Of a stretch of DNA of 64,000 nucleotides, positions 21,011 through 31,180 are shown piece after piece. The translations under genes were made by a program, and so were the position numbers. Each line of letters opens with the position of its first letter. Position 1 is the stretch's first letter. Source of the DNA: Syntrophales bacterium (GTDB taxonomy: Bacteria > Desulfobacterota > Syntrophia > Syntrophales > PHBD01); contig OY764159.1 of NCBI GenBank assembly GCA_963668175.1, positions 320,001 to 384,000 on the forward strand, read 5' to 3'. The notes beneath the pieces were generated by a model. It did no database searches. It was given only the letters and a program-made list of their open reading frames with translations, and had not been told where the DNA came from.

Positions 21011-22018
21011 TCACCTGGCATGTTGATAATAATGGATGGCATTCTGGTGGGAACGGAAGGACGACGAGAAGAGATGAGAACCGTTTCTATTGGAGACGAA
21101 GTAAAGATAGTCGACCGAGGCAGGAAACAGGGCGGCGCGGATGGAATCGATCCCCGGATTCGCGATCGGACCGGGAGGAAGCCCATCAATAATATAAGTA
21201 TTGTATGGGGATTGTCTTTTCAGGTGCCCTTTCTTGACGGCGCCGTTGAAGTCGCTCAGGTCATAAACCGCCGTGGGGTCGCTCTGCAACTTCATGCCTT
21301 GTCTCAGGCGGTTATGAAACACGGCGGCAATCAGATTCTTTTCATCCTTGAAACCGGATTCCTTGCCGATCAGCGAGGCCAGGGTAACCACTTTTTCCGT
21401 CGTCCATCCCAGTTCTTCGGTTCTTTTTCGCAAGTCGGGCGTATAAGACTTCCAGAATTGGTTGACCATCACCTTGATGATCTCCCTTGCCCCCATCGAA
21501 CGGGTGAAATTATACGTATTCGGGAACATAAATCCCTCAACGGAAGCGGACCGGACATTTAAGGATTGGAGGAATGCCTTGTCCCGCGTCAGCGCGTAAA
21601 ATTCCTTTTCGTCGATGAGCTTGTTGGCGGACAGGCGGGCGGCAATTTCCCGGATCGTTAAGTCCTCCGGGATGGTCACTTTATATGCCTTCACAAGGCC
21701 CTTCACGAGTTTATCGATAATCTCCGCCGGTGTCATGGCCGTCGTGAATTCATACTCGCCGGCATGGATATGTTTATGGGCCTTTTTGAAAACGGCTAAT
21801 CCGGAGAAGAACACCTTGTTCTTAATAAGGCCCGCGTTATCGAGAATCTGGACAATCTGCCGGAATCCGGAACCGATGGGAATTTCTACCGTTACGGTCG
21901 TCTGCTGATCGTCCACGGGACTTGTCGCATACACGATAAACAGAAATCCGGCGATCAGGATGCCCGCCAGGATACAAAAACTGAGGATTTTCAGTTTCTT
22001 GACCAACCGCTTCTTCAT
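21011..22018 (-). CDS. mltG: Endolytic transglycosylase MltG
   Basis: N-terminal TM, EGFMFPNTY, LASLIGKE, LQSDPT, SPYNTY..GLPPGPIANPG, YLYFV. Confidence 0.95.
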   Translation of the reverse strand: MKKRLVKKLKILSFCILAGILIAGFLFIVYATSPVDDQQTTVTVEIPIGSGFRQIVQILDNAGLIKNKVFFSGLAVFKKAHKHIHAGEYEFTTAMTPAEIIDKLVKGLVKAYKVTIPEDLTIREIAARLSANKLIDEKEFYALTRDKAFLQSLNVRSASVEGFMFPNTYNFTRSMGAREIIKVMVNQFWKSYTPDLRKRTEELGWTTEKVVTLASLIGKESGFKDEKNLIAAVFHNRLRQGMKLQSDPTAVYDLSDFNGAVKKGHLKRQSPYNTYIIDGLPPGPIANPGIDSIRAALFPASVDYLYFVSNRNGSHLFSSSFRSHQNAIHYYQHAR

Positions 22019-22470
22019 GCGTCACCCGCATCCGTTGGCGTGCTCGATGTCTCTTCCCGATTCCGCAGTGAATCCAGGTAAGCCTGGAGGATGATGCCGG
22101 CGGCCAGCTTATCGACCAGGAGTTTCCGCTTTTCCCTCCGCACGTTTGCCTGGATGAGAATGGACTCCGCCTCCTTGGTCGTCAGGGTTTCATCCTGAAA
22201 TACTACGGGAATGGACAAAGCCGCCTTCAACCGTCCGGCAAAACGTTTAACTTTTTCACACTGGATGCCCTCTTCACCGTTCAGGCGGATGGGGTAGCCG
22301 ATGACGATCTTCTCCGCACCGGTTTCGCGGGCGATTTTTCCGATGCGCTCCACGTCATGGGCTGCATTTTTACGCTGAACGGTCTCCAGCCCCTGAGCGG
22401 TCAGTCCCAGCTCATCGCTTACGGCAACCCCGATCCTTTTTTCCCCGTAATCCAATCCGAGTATTCTCAT
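22015..22470 (-). CDS. ruvX: YqgF/RuvX family nuclease
   Basis: MRILGLDYGEKRIGVAVSD, DETLTT, DKLAA..ILQ.YL. Confidence 0.93.
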   Translation of the reverse strand: MRILGLDYGEKRIGVAVSDELGLTAQGLETVQRKNAAHDVERIGKIARETGAEKIVIGYPIRLNGEEGIQCEKVKRFAGRLKAALSIPVVFQDETLTTKEAESILIQANVRREKRKLLVDKLAAGIILQAYLDSLRNREETSSTPTDAGDA

Positions 22471-22606
22471 AACATCACCGATATCAAGGACCTGTTCCTT
22501 AACAGCCCGCCCCGCCATTTTCAATAGATATTTCGGGATGACCTTTCTGCCGCCGCTCGAACGTTCTTCTTTGCAACCGTATCAATGCGTGATGACGCGA
22601 CCGGAG

Positions 22607-22641
22607 AAAAAAAGGCCATGACCGGGAAGGTCATGGCCTTT
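22607..22641 (-). terminator. Rho-independent terminator of the fad operon
   Basis: Hairpin AAAGGCCATGACC-gggaa-GGTCATGGCCTTT followed by a U-run on the minus strand. Confidence 0.8.
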
Positions 22642-22662
22642 CTATCGACAACGATTAAAATG

Positions 22663-23850
22663 TTACAGCATTTCGAAGATGCCCGCAGCGCCCATTCCGC
22701 CGGCGATGCACATCGACACCATGCCGCGTTTGGCCTTGCGGCGTTTCATTTCATAGAGAAGCTGGGCAGTGAGTTTGCCGCCGCTGGCTCCCAGGGGATG
22801 CCCCAGGGCGATGGCGCCGCCGTTGGGATTAATATCGGCCATCCTGTCCTCGATCCCGATTTTGCGGATCGAATAGAGGGCCTGGGAAGCAAAGGCTTCA
22901 TTGATTTCAAAAACATCGATGTCCTTGGACGTTAAACCCGCCATTTTGAGAACCTTGGGGATCGCATAGGCCGGCCCGATTCCCATCTCTTCGGGCTTGC
23001 AGCCGGCGACGGCATAATGGGTAAGCCTGGCCAGGGGTTTCACTCCGATCTCTTTGGCCTTCTCCGCACTCATCACAAGCGCAAAGGCGGCGCCGTCGGT
23101 CATCTGTGAAGAATTTCCGGCCGTTACGGTTCCACCGGCCTTGAAGGGCGATTTCAATTTGGCAAGGTCCTCCATCGTCGTCGGCCACCGCACACCGTCA
23201 TCCTCGGCAAACACGAATGTCTCGCGGACCCGCTTGCCGTTTTTCAATTTTTTATACTTGTAGGCGGTGATGGGAATGATCTCTTCCTTGAATTTGCCCG
23301 CCTTGATGGCCTCGAAGGCCCTGCGGTTACTTTCCACCGCGAATTTATCCATATCTTCGCGGGAAACGTTATAGTTTGCCGCCACGTTTTCCGCCGTATT
23401 ACCCATGGATATGTAAACATTCGGCATCGAGTCGAATTTCCAGCCGGGATTGGGGCGAAAGATTCCGCCGCCCATGGGAATATGGGACATCGTTTCACAG
23501 CCGCCGGCGATGATGACCTCCGACCAGCCTGCCCTTATTTTTGCCGTGGCATCGGCGATGGCCTGGAGCCCCGACGAACAGAAACGATTGATGACCATGC
23601 CGCAGACCTGCTCCGTTATTCCGGCGCCGACTGCGATGACTTTTCCCAAATTCATTCCCTGCTCGGCCTCCGGAAACGCGCAGCCGGCGATGACATCGTC
23701 GACATCTTCCGGCTTCAGGGCAGGAACCCTTGCCAGGAGACCCTTAACAACCTGAATCCCAATGTCATCCCCCCGGGTTGCCCCCAGACCGCCTCTCTTA
23801 TAACGTCCACCGGGACTTCTCACGGATTCAACGATTACAGCATCACTCAT
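22663..23850 (-). CDS. Acetyl-CoA C-acyltransferase (thiolase)
   Basis: NRFCSSGLQ, NEAFA, GGAIALGHPLGASG, MCIAGGMG; RBS AGGAGG before ATG 23850. Confidence 0.95.
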   Translation of the reverse strand: MSDAVIVESVRSPGGRYKRGGLGATRGDDIGIQVVKGLLARVPALKPEDVDDVIAGCAFPEAEQGMNLGKVIAVGAGITEQVCGMVINRFCSSGLQAIADATAKIRAGWSEVIIAGGCETMSHIPMGGGIFRPNPGWKFDSMPNVYISMGNTAENVAANYNVSREDMDKFAVESNRRAFEAIKAGKFKEEIIPITAYKYKKLKNGKRVRETFVFAEDDGVRWPTTMEDLAKLKSPFKAGGTVTAGNSSQMTDGAAFALVMSAEKAKEIGVKPLARLTHYAVAGCKPEEMGIGPAYAIPKVLKMAGLTSKDIDVFEINEAFASQALYSIRKIGIEDRMADINPNGGAIALGHPLGASGGKLTAQLLYEMKRRKAKRGMVSMCIAGGMGAAGIFEML

Positions 23851-23941
23851 GGTTTTCCTCCTTCTTATGGATACAGTCAGTACGTTTCGGCCCGGTCTTA
23901 AATCTTCCCAAGGAAACGGGCCGTCCACTGAAAGAATAGGG

Positions 23942-26362
23942 TTAATTGCGTAAAGGCTTACCTGTATTCAGCATATGCATGATCCTGTCCTGGGTCTTCG
24001 TCTCACCGCAGAGGCTGAGGAACGCCTCTCTCTCCAGATCCAGAAGTTCCTGTTCCGCAACCAGCGTTCCTTCCGGGCATTCGCCGCCGGAAAGGATGTA
24101 AGCAACTTTGCGACCGATAAAACAATCATATTCGGAAGCGAATTTCCCATGCTTCATGTTGTAAAGAATCGCTTCGGCCATACCCATGAAGTTTTCACCC
24201 ATGACGGGGATCAGGACCTTTTTCGGGGGTTTATAGGACAGGGCCAGTCCAAGAACAAGCTGCTTGGCATCCCAGAGTTGCTGATCCCGGTTTAGGCTTA
24301 TCCTTTCCGTCTTGCGGATGTATCCCAGTTCCATGGCCTCGGCGGCGCTGGTGGCGACTTTCGCCGTGGCGATATTCTCGAAGGCCTTGGCGTAGAACGT
24401 CTGCAGATTCAATCCCGCTGCAATGAGTCCGTCGGGAATGCCTTCCGTCATGCGCACCGCCATCTCCTTGCACCCTCCACCGGCGGGAATGACGCCGACG
24501 CCGACCTCGACAAGGCCGATATAGGTCTCGCCGCATGGCTGGCAGCGGGCTCCGTGCATGGCCATTTCGCAGCCTCCCCCCAACGCCAGGCCGGCCGGAG
24601 CGGTAACGACCGGTTTCGAGAGGTATTTCATCCTCATATTGGCGTTCTGGAATCCCTGGGTCAGCTGTTCGAGGACATCCCAGTCTCCCTTCTGGCAGGC
24701 CATCAGGACTTTAAAGATATTGGCGCCGGCCGAGAAATTCGACGCATGATTGCCGACAACCATGCCGACGAAGTCCTTTTCGACGATGTCGCAGCTGTCG
24801 AACAGCATCTGGACCATGCCGTCATCGACCGCATTCATCTTCGTATGGAATTCGAGGCAGGCGACACCGTCGCCGATATCGATGAGGCTGGCGCTCTGGT
24901 TCTTCTTGACAACCTTGTTTCTCTCCTTCAGTGAAGGCAGGAGGATGATCCGGGGATTCTCACCCAGTTTCACATAACCCTTGGTCTCGAAATCGTAATA
25001 ATACAGTCCGTCTTCCTTCTTCGCATAGAAGGAGTCGAAACCTTTCTTCAGCATTTCCTCGACCTTCTTCGGCACCTTCTTCTTCAGCTTTTTCATGACA
25101 TCGACGACCGCCTTGACGCCGATGGCATCCCAGGTCTCGAACGGGCCAAGCTGATGGTTGTAGCCCCATTTCATGGCATTGTCGATGCCGACGATATTGT
25201 CGCAGATCTCGGGTACACGGTTGGCCGCGTAGATGAAATTGTTGCAGAGATATTCCCGGACATAATCCGAAGCGGCATCCGTGCCGAAAAAGAGGGTTTT
25301 CGCCATGGCGGCGACGCCGTCGTCGCTCTTTTTCTTGGCCAGGGAGACCGATTCAAATTTAGGTTTCGTCGTCGGAGCATATTCCAGGGTGTTATAATCG
25401 ATGGCCGTCTTGACGCTCTTGCCTTTAGCGTCTTTCGTCTTCTTATAGAAACCCTGTTTCGTCTTGTTGCCCAGCCACTTCTTCTCAATCATCTTGTTCA
25501 TGAAGTCGAGCGGGATGAACGTGTCGCGGGACTCGTCGTCGGGAACTGCATCGTACAGATTTTTCATAACGTGATGCCCGGTATCGAGCCCTACAAGATC
25601 GAGGGTGCCGAAGATGGCCGTCCCCGGCCTGCCGACCGCCTTGCCGATAATGGCATCCACGGCCTCGACGGACAGGTTCTTCTCCACCATGAGCCGGATG
25701 GCGTTGGCGATATCGAAAACGCCAATACGATTGCCGATAAAGTTGGGAACGTCCTTGCAGATAACCACGCCCTTACCGAGAACGCGTTCACAAAAGTCCA
25801 CCATGAAATCGACGACGTCCTTCTTGGTCTCTTTACCGGGAATGATTTCAAGGAGTTTCATATAACGGGGCGGATTGAAAAAATGCGTCCCCAGGAAACG
25901 GTCTTTCAGTTTCTTGCCGAAATTCGCCGAAATGTCCGATATGGGAATACCGGATGTATTGGTAGAGACGATACAGGTCGGCTTCACGATCTTTTCGACC
26001 TTGGCGAAAAGCTCCTGTTTGATCTTCAGATTCTCGATGACGACCTCGCATATCCAGTCGACATCCGCGAGCCAGTTCAAGTTGTCCTCGAAGTTGCCGA
26101 TCGTGATCATCGAGGCGTTTTTCTTCGTATAGAAACTCGCCGGCTTGGATTTTGTCACCCCGGCCAACCCATTGGCGGCAAAACGGTTCCGCCACGCCGG
26201 GCTCTTCTCCGTCAAACCCTTCTTTTTGTCATCCTCAGTAAGCTCGAAGGGAATGATATCAAGCAGATAGCACTCGATTCCCGCATTGGTCAAATGTGCG
26301 GCAATCGTGGCACCCATGACGCCCGCGCCTAAAACAGCTGCTTTTTTTATCTCATACGACAT
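23942..26362 (-). CDS. 3-hydroxyacyl-CoA dehydrogenase/enoyl-CoA hydratase fusion (FadN-like)
   Basis: VLGAGVMG, STNTSG, HFFNPPRYM, then crotonase-fold FSAGAN, ALGGGCE; GKPLRN terminus. Confidence 0.93.
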   Translation of the reverse strand: MSYEIKKAAVLGAGVMGATIAAHLTNAGIECYLLDIIPFELTEDDKKKGLTEKSPAWRNRFAANGLAGVTKSKPASFYTKKNASMITIGNFEDNLNWLADVDWICEVVIENLKIKQELFAKVEKIVKPTCIVSTNTSGIPISDISANFGKKLKDRFLGTHFFNPPRYMKLLEIIPGKETKKDVVDFMVDFCERVLGKGVVICKDVPNFIGNRIGVFDIANAIRLMVEKNLSVEAVDAIIGKAVGRPGTAIFGTLDLVGLDTGHHVMKNLYDAVPDDESRDTFIPLDFMNKMIEKKWLGNKTKQGFYKKTKDAKGKSVKTAIDYNTLEYAPTTKPKFESVSLAKKKSDDGVAAMAKTLFFGTDAASDYVREYLCNNFIYAANRVPEICDNIVGIDNAMKWGYNHQLGPFETWDAIGVKAVVDVMKKLKKKVPKKVEEMLKKGFDSFYAKKEDGLYYYDFETKGYVKLGENPRIILLPSLKERNKVVKKNQSASLIDIGDGVACLEFHTKMNAVDDGMVQMLFDSCDIVEKDFVGMVVGNHASNFSAGANIFKVLMACQKGDWDVLEQLTQGFQNANMRMKYLSKPVVTAPAGLALGGGCEMAMHGARCQPCGETYIGLVEVGVGVIPAGGGCKEMAVRMTEGIPDGLIAAGLNLQTFYAKAFENIATAKVATSAAEAMELGYIRKTERISLNRDQQLWDAKQLVLGLALSYKPPKKVLIPVMGENFMGMAEAILYNMKHGKFASEYDCFIGRKVAYILSGGECPEGTLVAEQELLDLEREAFLSLCGETKTQDRIMHMLNTGKPLRN

Positions 26363-26447
26363 AGTTCTCCTCCTCTTCATTTCTTGTCCGACAGGCACCG
26401 GTCACGCAACTGACGGCGGTATCTGCCGGTCATAGGGTGACAATGCA

Positions 26448-28313
26448 TTAAGATGTAAAGGACTCATCAGCGATTTCGATGGGTGTCCTGTCGCCGAACT
26501 TGATCGATTCACACCGCGATTTTACGGTCGCCAGGGATTCCGAGGCAAAGAACTTCGCCGAGGCGATTTTACCCGCGTAGAAAGCAACCTCGGAATTGGT
26601 GTGAATCAGAGAACGCTGTTTGCCAATGGAATCTTCAGCGCCATTTTCCTTATAGATGGCTTGCAGCTTTTCTTCCGCAATGACGGCAGCCTGCATAAGC
26701 AGCCAACCGCCGACCACGTCGCCGAAGACGTCCATGAAGGGCGATGCATTCAAAATAGGCATCAGGAAGCCCGAGCTCTTGCCGAGCTGACCGAACGTCA
26801 TGGTGAGATCGACCAGGGCATTGCCTGCTTCTTCCAGGAACGCCGCAGACTTCTTCAACGGCTCCATAGCCTTTGCCTTGGCGATCGTATTCAGAATTTC
26901 ACCGGCCAGGTTCATCACGTTGGCACCCTTGTTAGAACCCAGTTTCCGTCCGACCAGATCGAGACACTGAATGCCGTTGGTTCCTTCGTAAATGGTCGTG
27001 ATCTTGCAGTCCCGCAGATACTGTTCGACCGGGTATTCGGAACAGTAGCCATAGCCGCCATAAACATCCATGGCCTTTGAACAGACTGTCATAGCGTTAT
27101 CCGATATCCAGGCCTTGGTGACCGGAATGAGCAATTCGGCCAATCCGAGCCATTTTTTCTTTTCTTCTTTTGTCTTGGCACTCTCCGCCATGTCCAGGTA
27201 TAGGGAAGTCAACAATCCAATAGCCCTCATGGCTTCAACCCGCGCTTTCATCCAGAGCAGATCGCGCCTCACATCGAGGTGCTGTATAATCGGAACGGCT
27301 TTGGCGTCGGGATTCTTCATCTCCCAGACGGGAATGCTCTGAATCCTCTCTTTTGCATAGGCGACGGCATGTTCATACGCCGCCGTGGCGGTTCCCAGGG
27401 CCTGAAAGCCGACTTCCAGCCGCGCTTCATTCATCAACTGGAACATCACGCGCAGGCCTTCGCGTTCCTTGCCCAGGAGTTCGCCGATGCAGTTGCCGTC
27501 TTCGCCGAAATTCAGAACGCACGTCGCGTTCCCTTTAATACCCATCTTGTGCTCGATATTCCCCGTCTTGACATCGTTGAACTCGCCGAGACTGCCGTCA
27601 TCCTTCACCCGATATTTGGGAACGATGAAGATGGAGATGCCGCCCGTTCCGGCAGGATCTCCCTCAATGCGGGCCAAGACCGGATGGACGATATTGTTGG
27701 TGAGATTATGATCGCCGCTGGAAATGAAGCACTTGGTTCCCGTGATGCTGAAAGTACCGTCCGGAAGACGTTTGGCCGTCGTCTTGAGGGATCCGACGTC
27801 GCTGCCTGCCCCCGGCTCGGTCAGGCACATGGTGCCTCCCCATTCACCGGCATACATCCGGCTCATATACTTGGTTTTTTGTTCTTCCGTACCGAAATTC
27901 TCGATCAACGCTGCGGCCCCATTGGTCAAGCCCGGATACATAATGAAAGGGTAATTGGCAGCCTGAAAAAATTCCATGCAGGCATTGGACATCACGGCGG
28001 GCATGCCCTGTCCGCCGACTTCCGGCGAACGCATGCAGCAAAGCCACCCTGCTTCGACAAACAGCTTAAAGGCGTTATGGAAGCTCTCGGGTACGGATAC
28101 CTTGCCATCCTTGAAAGTACATCCCTGGTGGTCTCCTTCAGCATTGATCGGAGCCAGCACGTTTACGGACAATTTCTCGGCCTCATTGAGCATCATCAGC
28201 ACGTCGTCTTTCGAAAACGCCGAGTACTTATCGGTTTCAAACAGTTTTTCGATACCCAACTGTTCGAAAAGCACAAAGTGTTGATCTCTCAGGTTAACCA
28301 ACAAATTACTCAT
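26448..28313 (-). CDS. Acyl-CoA dehydrogenase (long form)
   Basis: TMCLTEPGAGSD, GTKCFIS, EHKMGI, GGYGY, IYEGTNGIQ. Confidence 0.95.
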   Translation of the reverse strand: MSNLLVNLRDQHFVLFEQLGIEKLFETDKYSAFSKDDVLMMLNEAEKLSVNVLAPINAEGDHQGCTFKDGKVSVPESFHNAFKLFVEAGWLCCMRSPEVGGQGMPAVMSNACMEFFQAANYPFIMYPGLTNGAAALIENFGTEEQKTKYMSRMYAGEWGGTMCLTEPGAGSDVGSLKTTAKRLPDGTFSITGTKCFISSGDHNLTNNIVHPVLARIEGDPAGTGGISIFIVPKYRVKDDGSLGEFNDVKTGNIEHKMGIKGNATCVLNFGEDGNCIGELLGKEREGLRVMFQLMNEARLEVGFQALGTATAAYEHAVAYAKERIQSIPVWEMKNPDAKAVPIIQHLDVRRDLLWMKARVEAMRAIGLLTSLYLDMAESAKTKEEKKKWLGLAELLIPVTKAWISDNAMTVCSKAMDVYGGYGYCSEYPVEQYLRDCKITTIYEGTNGIQCLDLVGRKLGSNKGANVMNLAGEILNTIAKAKAMEPLKKSAAFLEEAGNALVDLTMTFGQLGKSSGFLMPILNASPFMDVFGDVVGGWLLMQAAVIAEEKLQAIYKENGAEDSIGKQRSLIHTNSEVAFYAGKIASAKFFASESLATVKSRCESIKFGDRTPIEIADESFTS

Positions 28314-28409
28314 AACCAACCTCCTTCTCTCTTGAAGTAAAACCGTTGCCTATTCGGGGTACGACGACTGCCCCATCTCCTCAGTTATCGCCGATCGAAC
28401 CGGTCGGCG

Positions 28410-29045
28410 CTATTTTCTGCCTTGAAGTCCCTGAATGAAGATGTTCAAACCCGCATTGACCGTGCTGCGGATTCTCTCCTCCCGCAACGTGGCCGGTCCG
28501 GTAAATAAATAAAGCGAGATGACACCGTTGAGCATTCCCCATAATGCATTCCTGCTTTGCCGCAGGTTGGTTGAACGGGGGAATTCTCCTTTGTCGATAC
28601 CGTCCTGAAAGATCTTCTCGAAGATTGTCACCGTCTTATTGGTCATATTAACGGCACTGTTATGAAGTCCGTCCGGGAGGTTCATCTGATCCGTATTGAG
28701 CATAAAAGCCATGAAGATGCGGAAGAGCTCTTTTTCGTTAAGGAAAAAGTCGATATAGATATTGGCCAGGCGTTTCAGGGTGTCCGACGCCTGCTCCTCG
28801 AATTGCAATAAATCATTTATTTTACGATGAAATTTGTCAATATCATTAAGGAGAATATGGGTATAGATTTCTTCTTTGCTTTTGAAATAGAGGTATACGG
28901 ATCCTTTGCTCAGTTCGGCTTTCTGGGCAATGTTATCAACGGTAACGGCCTTGAAACCTTTTTCGAAGAAAAGCTTTCTGGCAGCCTTTAGGATTGCTTG
29001 TTTTCTGTTCTCTTTTTCACGTCTTCGTCTTTCTTCAAGTCCCAT
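28410..29045 (-). CDS. TetR/AcrR family regulator
   Basis: ILKAARKLFFEKGF..VTVDNIAQKAELSKGSVYLYFKSKEEI HTH. Confidence 0.93.
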   Translation of the reverse strand: MGLEERRRREKENRKQAILKAARKLFFEKGFKAVTVDNIAQKAELSKGSVYLYFKSKEEIYTHILLNDIDKFHRKINDLLQFEEQASDTLKRLANIYIDFFLNEKELFRIFMAFMLNTDQMNLPDGLHNSAVNMTNKTVTIFEKIFQDGIDKGEFPRSTNLRQSRNALWGMLNGVISLYLFTGPATLREERIRSTVNAGLNIFIQGLQGRK

Positions 29046-29153
29046 AGATCGTCCTCGGCATGCTCTGATGGCAAAGGGCTGGCAACTGGACACCTCCTCT
29101 TCGGAAGCTGTAATGTCTTGATAAAGTGAGATAATTTAAGACGTGTCCGAATA

Positions 29154-29178
29154 GCAGTCATTATATGACTGCCGGTCA
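29154..29178. promoter_or_regulatory. Candidate TetR operator
   Basis: Perfect palindrome GCAGTCAT-tat-ATGACTGC (29154-29172) overlapping TGAC-N5-GTCA (29166-29178), upstream of the TetR-fad operon. Confidence 0.55.
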
Positions 29179-29338
29179 CTAAATGTGTACATGAATATTT
29201 TCAGCTTGTCAAGGGGAATAAATTTGATGCTGCATTTTTTTATAAAGGCTTTTTCAGGAACGGAGGCCGGGCAGACAAAACGTTGTCATTATTTGATACG
29301 AAGGAACTGCATCGTGTCATGGAACAGGAACAACGACG

Positions 29339-30106
29339 TCACGGGCGTTTGATAGCCTTGATGAGAAGGACTGCGGCCAGCCCCCGGGGCATGATCCTGG
29401 CGTCAAGCCATACGAAAACTCCGTAGATGCGGTTGATCCATTTAGACATAGATATGACGGCCGCGGGAAGACGCTTGCTTCTATTGTCTTTACCATCACC
29501 TTTCGCCAACTGCTGAAGCGCGGCATAGACATAAACGACGAGCAACATGGTCAGTTTTTCCAGGGGCCCCAAGACTTTTCGGATAATCAAAGGATCGAGA
29601 CCGGCCGCCTGTAAATTGCTCACCATCTCGGCCAATTCATATCGACGCAGATGTCGGACAAACCGGTCGTCAGCACCATAGTAGAAACGACGGTGTGGGA
29701 AAGTCACAATGAGGTTTCCCGAGGGTGCCAAAACTCGGGCGATCTCCCGCATCACTGATCGGTCATCGCTTATATGTTCCATGACTTCCGAACAGACAAC
29801 CTGGGCAAAGGACCCGTCCTTGAAGGGAAGCATTGTACCGTCGGCAGCGACAAACCGGTTGCCGATTTGCGTCGTTTTCAGCTCCCGCAGGGCCGACCAT
29901 GATAAATCGGAATAAACGACGGAACGAATGCGGGTGATCATGGGCGAGAGACCGCTGCCCACCTCCAGAATCGGCTTCCCGCTGTTTTTCGCCACGAATT
30001 TATTAATATCTCGTTTTCTCAGGAAATAATTATAGAGGTGATTTTTTAAGGCTACATATCGATGATCATCGAAAAAATCCTGAAAGCGATTTTTATTGTT
30101 TGACAT
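29339..30106 (-). CDS. Class I SAM-dependent methyltransferase
   Basis: ILEVGSG, LPFKDGSFAQVVCSEVMEHI, EIARVLAPSG, HLRRY. Start ATG 30106 overlaps the GT2 stop (TAATG). Confidence 0.85.
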   Translation of the reverse strand: MSNNKNRFQDFFDDHRYVALKNHLYNYFLRKRDINKFVAKNSGKPILEVGSGLSPMITRIRSVVYSDLSWSALRELKTTQIGNRFVAADGTMLPFKDGSFAQVVCSEVMEHISDDRSVMREIARVLAPSGNLIVTFPHRRFYYGADDRFVRHLRRYELAEMVSNLQAAGLDPLIIRKVLGPLEKLTMLLVVYVYAALQQLAKGDGKDNRSKRLPAAVISMSKWINRIYGVFVWLDARIMPRGLAAVLLIKAIKRP

Positions 30107-30858
30107 TAGCGGATGCCCGGAAACAGGTTTGATGAAGTGAGCTTCATCCGGGACAAACGAAAAAGGAGAGACGTCCACAGGCAGCCCATGCCGTAGATCA
30201 TACTGCGCCGGAGATTGATCGATGAGGCTTCGGCAAAATACTTCGTCGGACAACTCACTTCGGCAATCGTGTAGCCGAACCAGATAATCTGGGCCAGCAT
30301 TTGATTATCAAAGACAAAATCATCGGAATTCTGATCAAGCGGCAATTTTTCCAGAAGCTGCCGGGAGAAGGCCCGATAGCCCGTATGATATTCTGAGAGT
30401 TTAGCACCAAGCATAATATTTTCTGTCAGAGTGAGAAGGCGATTGGAAATGTACTTCCACAGCGGCATGCCCCCTTTGAGGGCATAGCCGCCAAGAATCC
30501 GGGACCCCAGAACGCATTCATAAAGACCGTTTCCAATCAGGGAGGCCATGGCGGGAATTAGCATCGGCGTATATTGATAATCGGGATGTACCATCACGAC
30601 GATATCAGCCCCTTCTTTCAGGGCCAATTCATAGCATGTCTTTTGATTTCTCCCGTAACCGCTGTTACGTTCGTGAACGTGGACCAGCGTATGGTCGAGT
30701 TCCCCGGCAATGGCGGCGGTATTATCAGAACTGGCATCATCGACGAGAATTACCATATCGACAATGCCCTGCGCCATGACTTCAGCATACGTTTTCTTGA
30801 GGGTCTGCGCCGCATTATAGGCCGGCATGACCACAATAACTTTCTTATCCTTATACAT
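30106..30858 (-). CDS. GT2 glycosyltransferase (DPM1/polyprenyl-phosphate sugar synthase-like)
   Basis: [43 protein letters not shown]. Confidence 0.88.
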   Translation of the reverse strand: MYKDKKVIVVMPAYNAAQTLKKTYAEVMAQGIVDMVILVDDASSDNTAAIAGELDHTLVHVHERNSGYGRNQKTCYELALKEGADIVVMVHPDYQYTPMLIPAMASLIGNGLYECVLGSRILGGYALKGGMPLWKYISNRLLTLTENIMLGAKLSEYHTGYRAFSRQLLEKLPLDQNSDDFVFDNQMLAQIIWFGYTIAEVSCPTKYFAEASSINLRRSMIYGMGCLWTSLLFRLSRMKLTSSNLFPGIR

Positions 30859-31180
30859 AATATGATGATTTCCGGGGATTAAAATATGAACCGATCATTC
30901 CCAAAGGAACATGATCCTTTTCTTATTTCTCTAAAAGAGATATCATAGATTCTCTCTAGGGTCGATGACTTATCGACGACTTCTCGCTTGCAACAGATGT
31001 ATTACCATGTTATCTTCTCTGTGTTACATTAAATGAAATCATATATTGTTATTAATCTGACGTTATACTTTTACATCAATAAAATCTCAACCGATTTTGC
31101 TGCGACGGAATAAAAGCGACCAATGGCGGTCCTACTGGGAGAAGTCGCCCGGTACAGGGAATTAAAACACAGATGATAAA

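Noticed and set aside
25154..28340. 392-aa and 353-aa + strand ORFs opposite the fad genes
   Set aside because: Antisense shadows of conserved enzymes.
30859..31180. AT-rich divergent intergenic region as a mobile-element boundary or ncRNA
   Set aside because: No integrase, tRNA, terminal repeats or recognisable RNA structure; most likely just divergent promoters.
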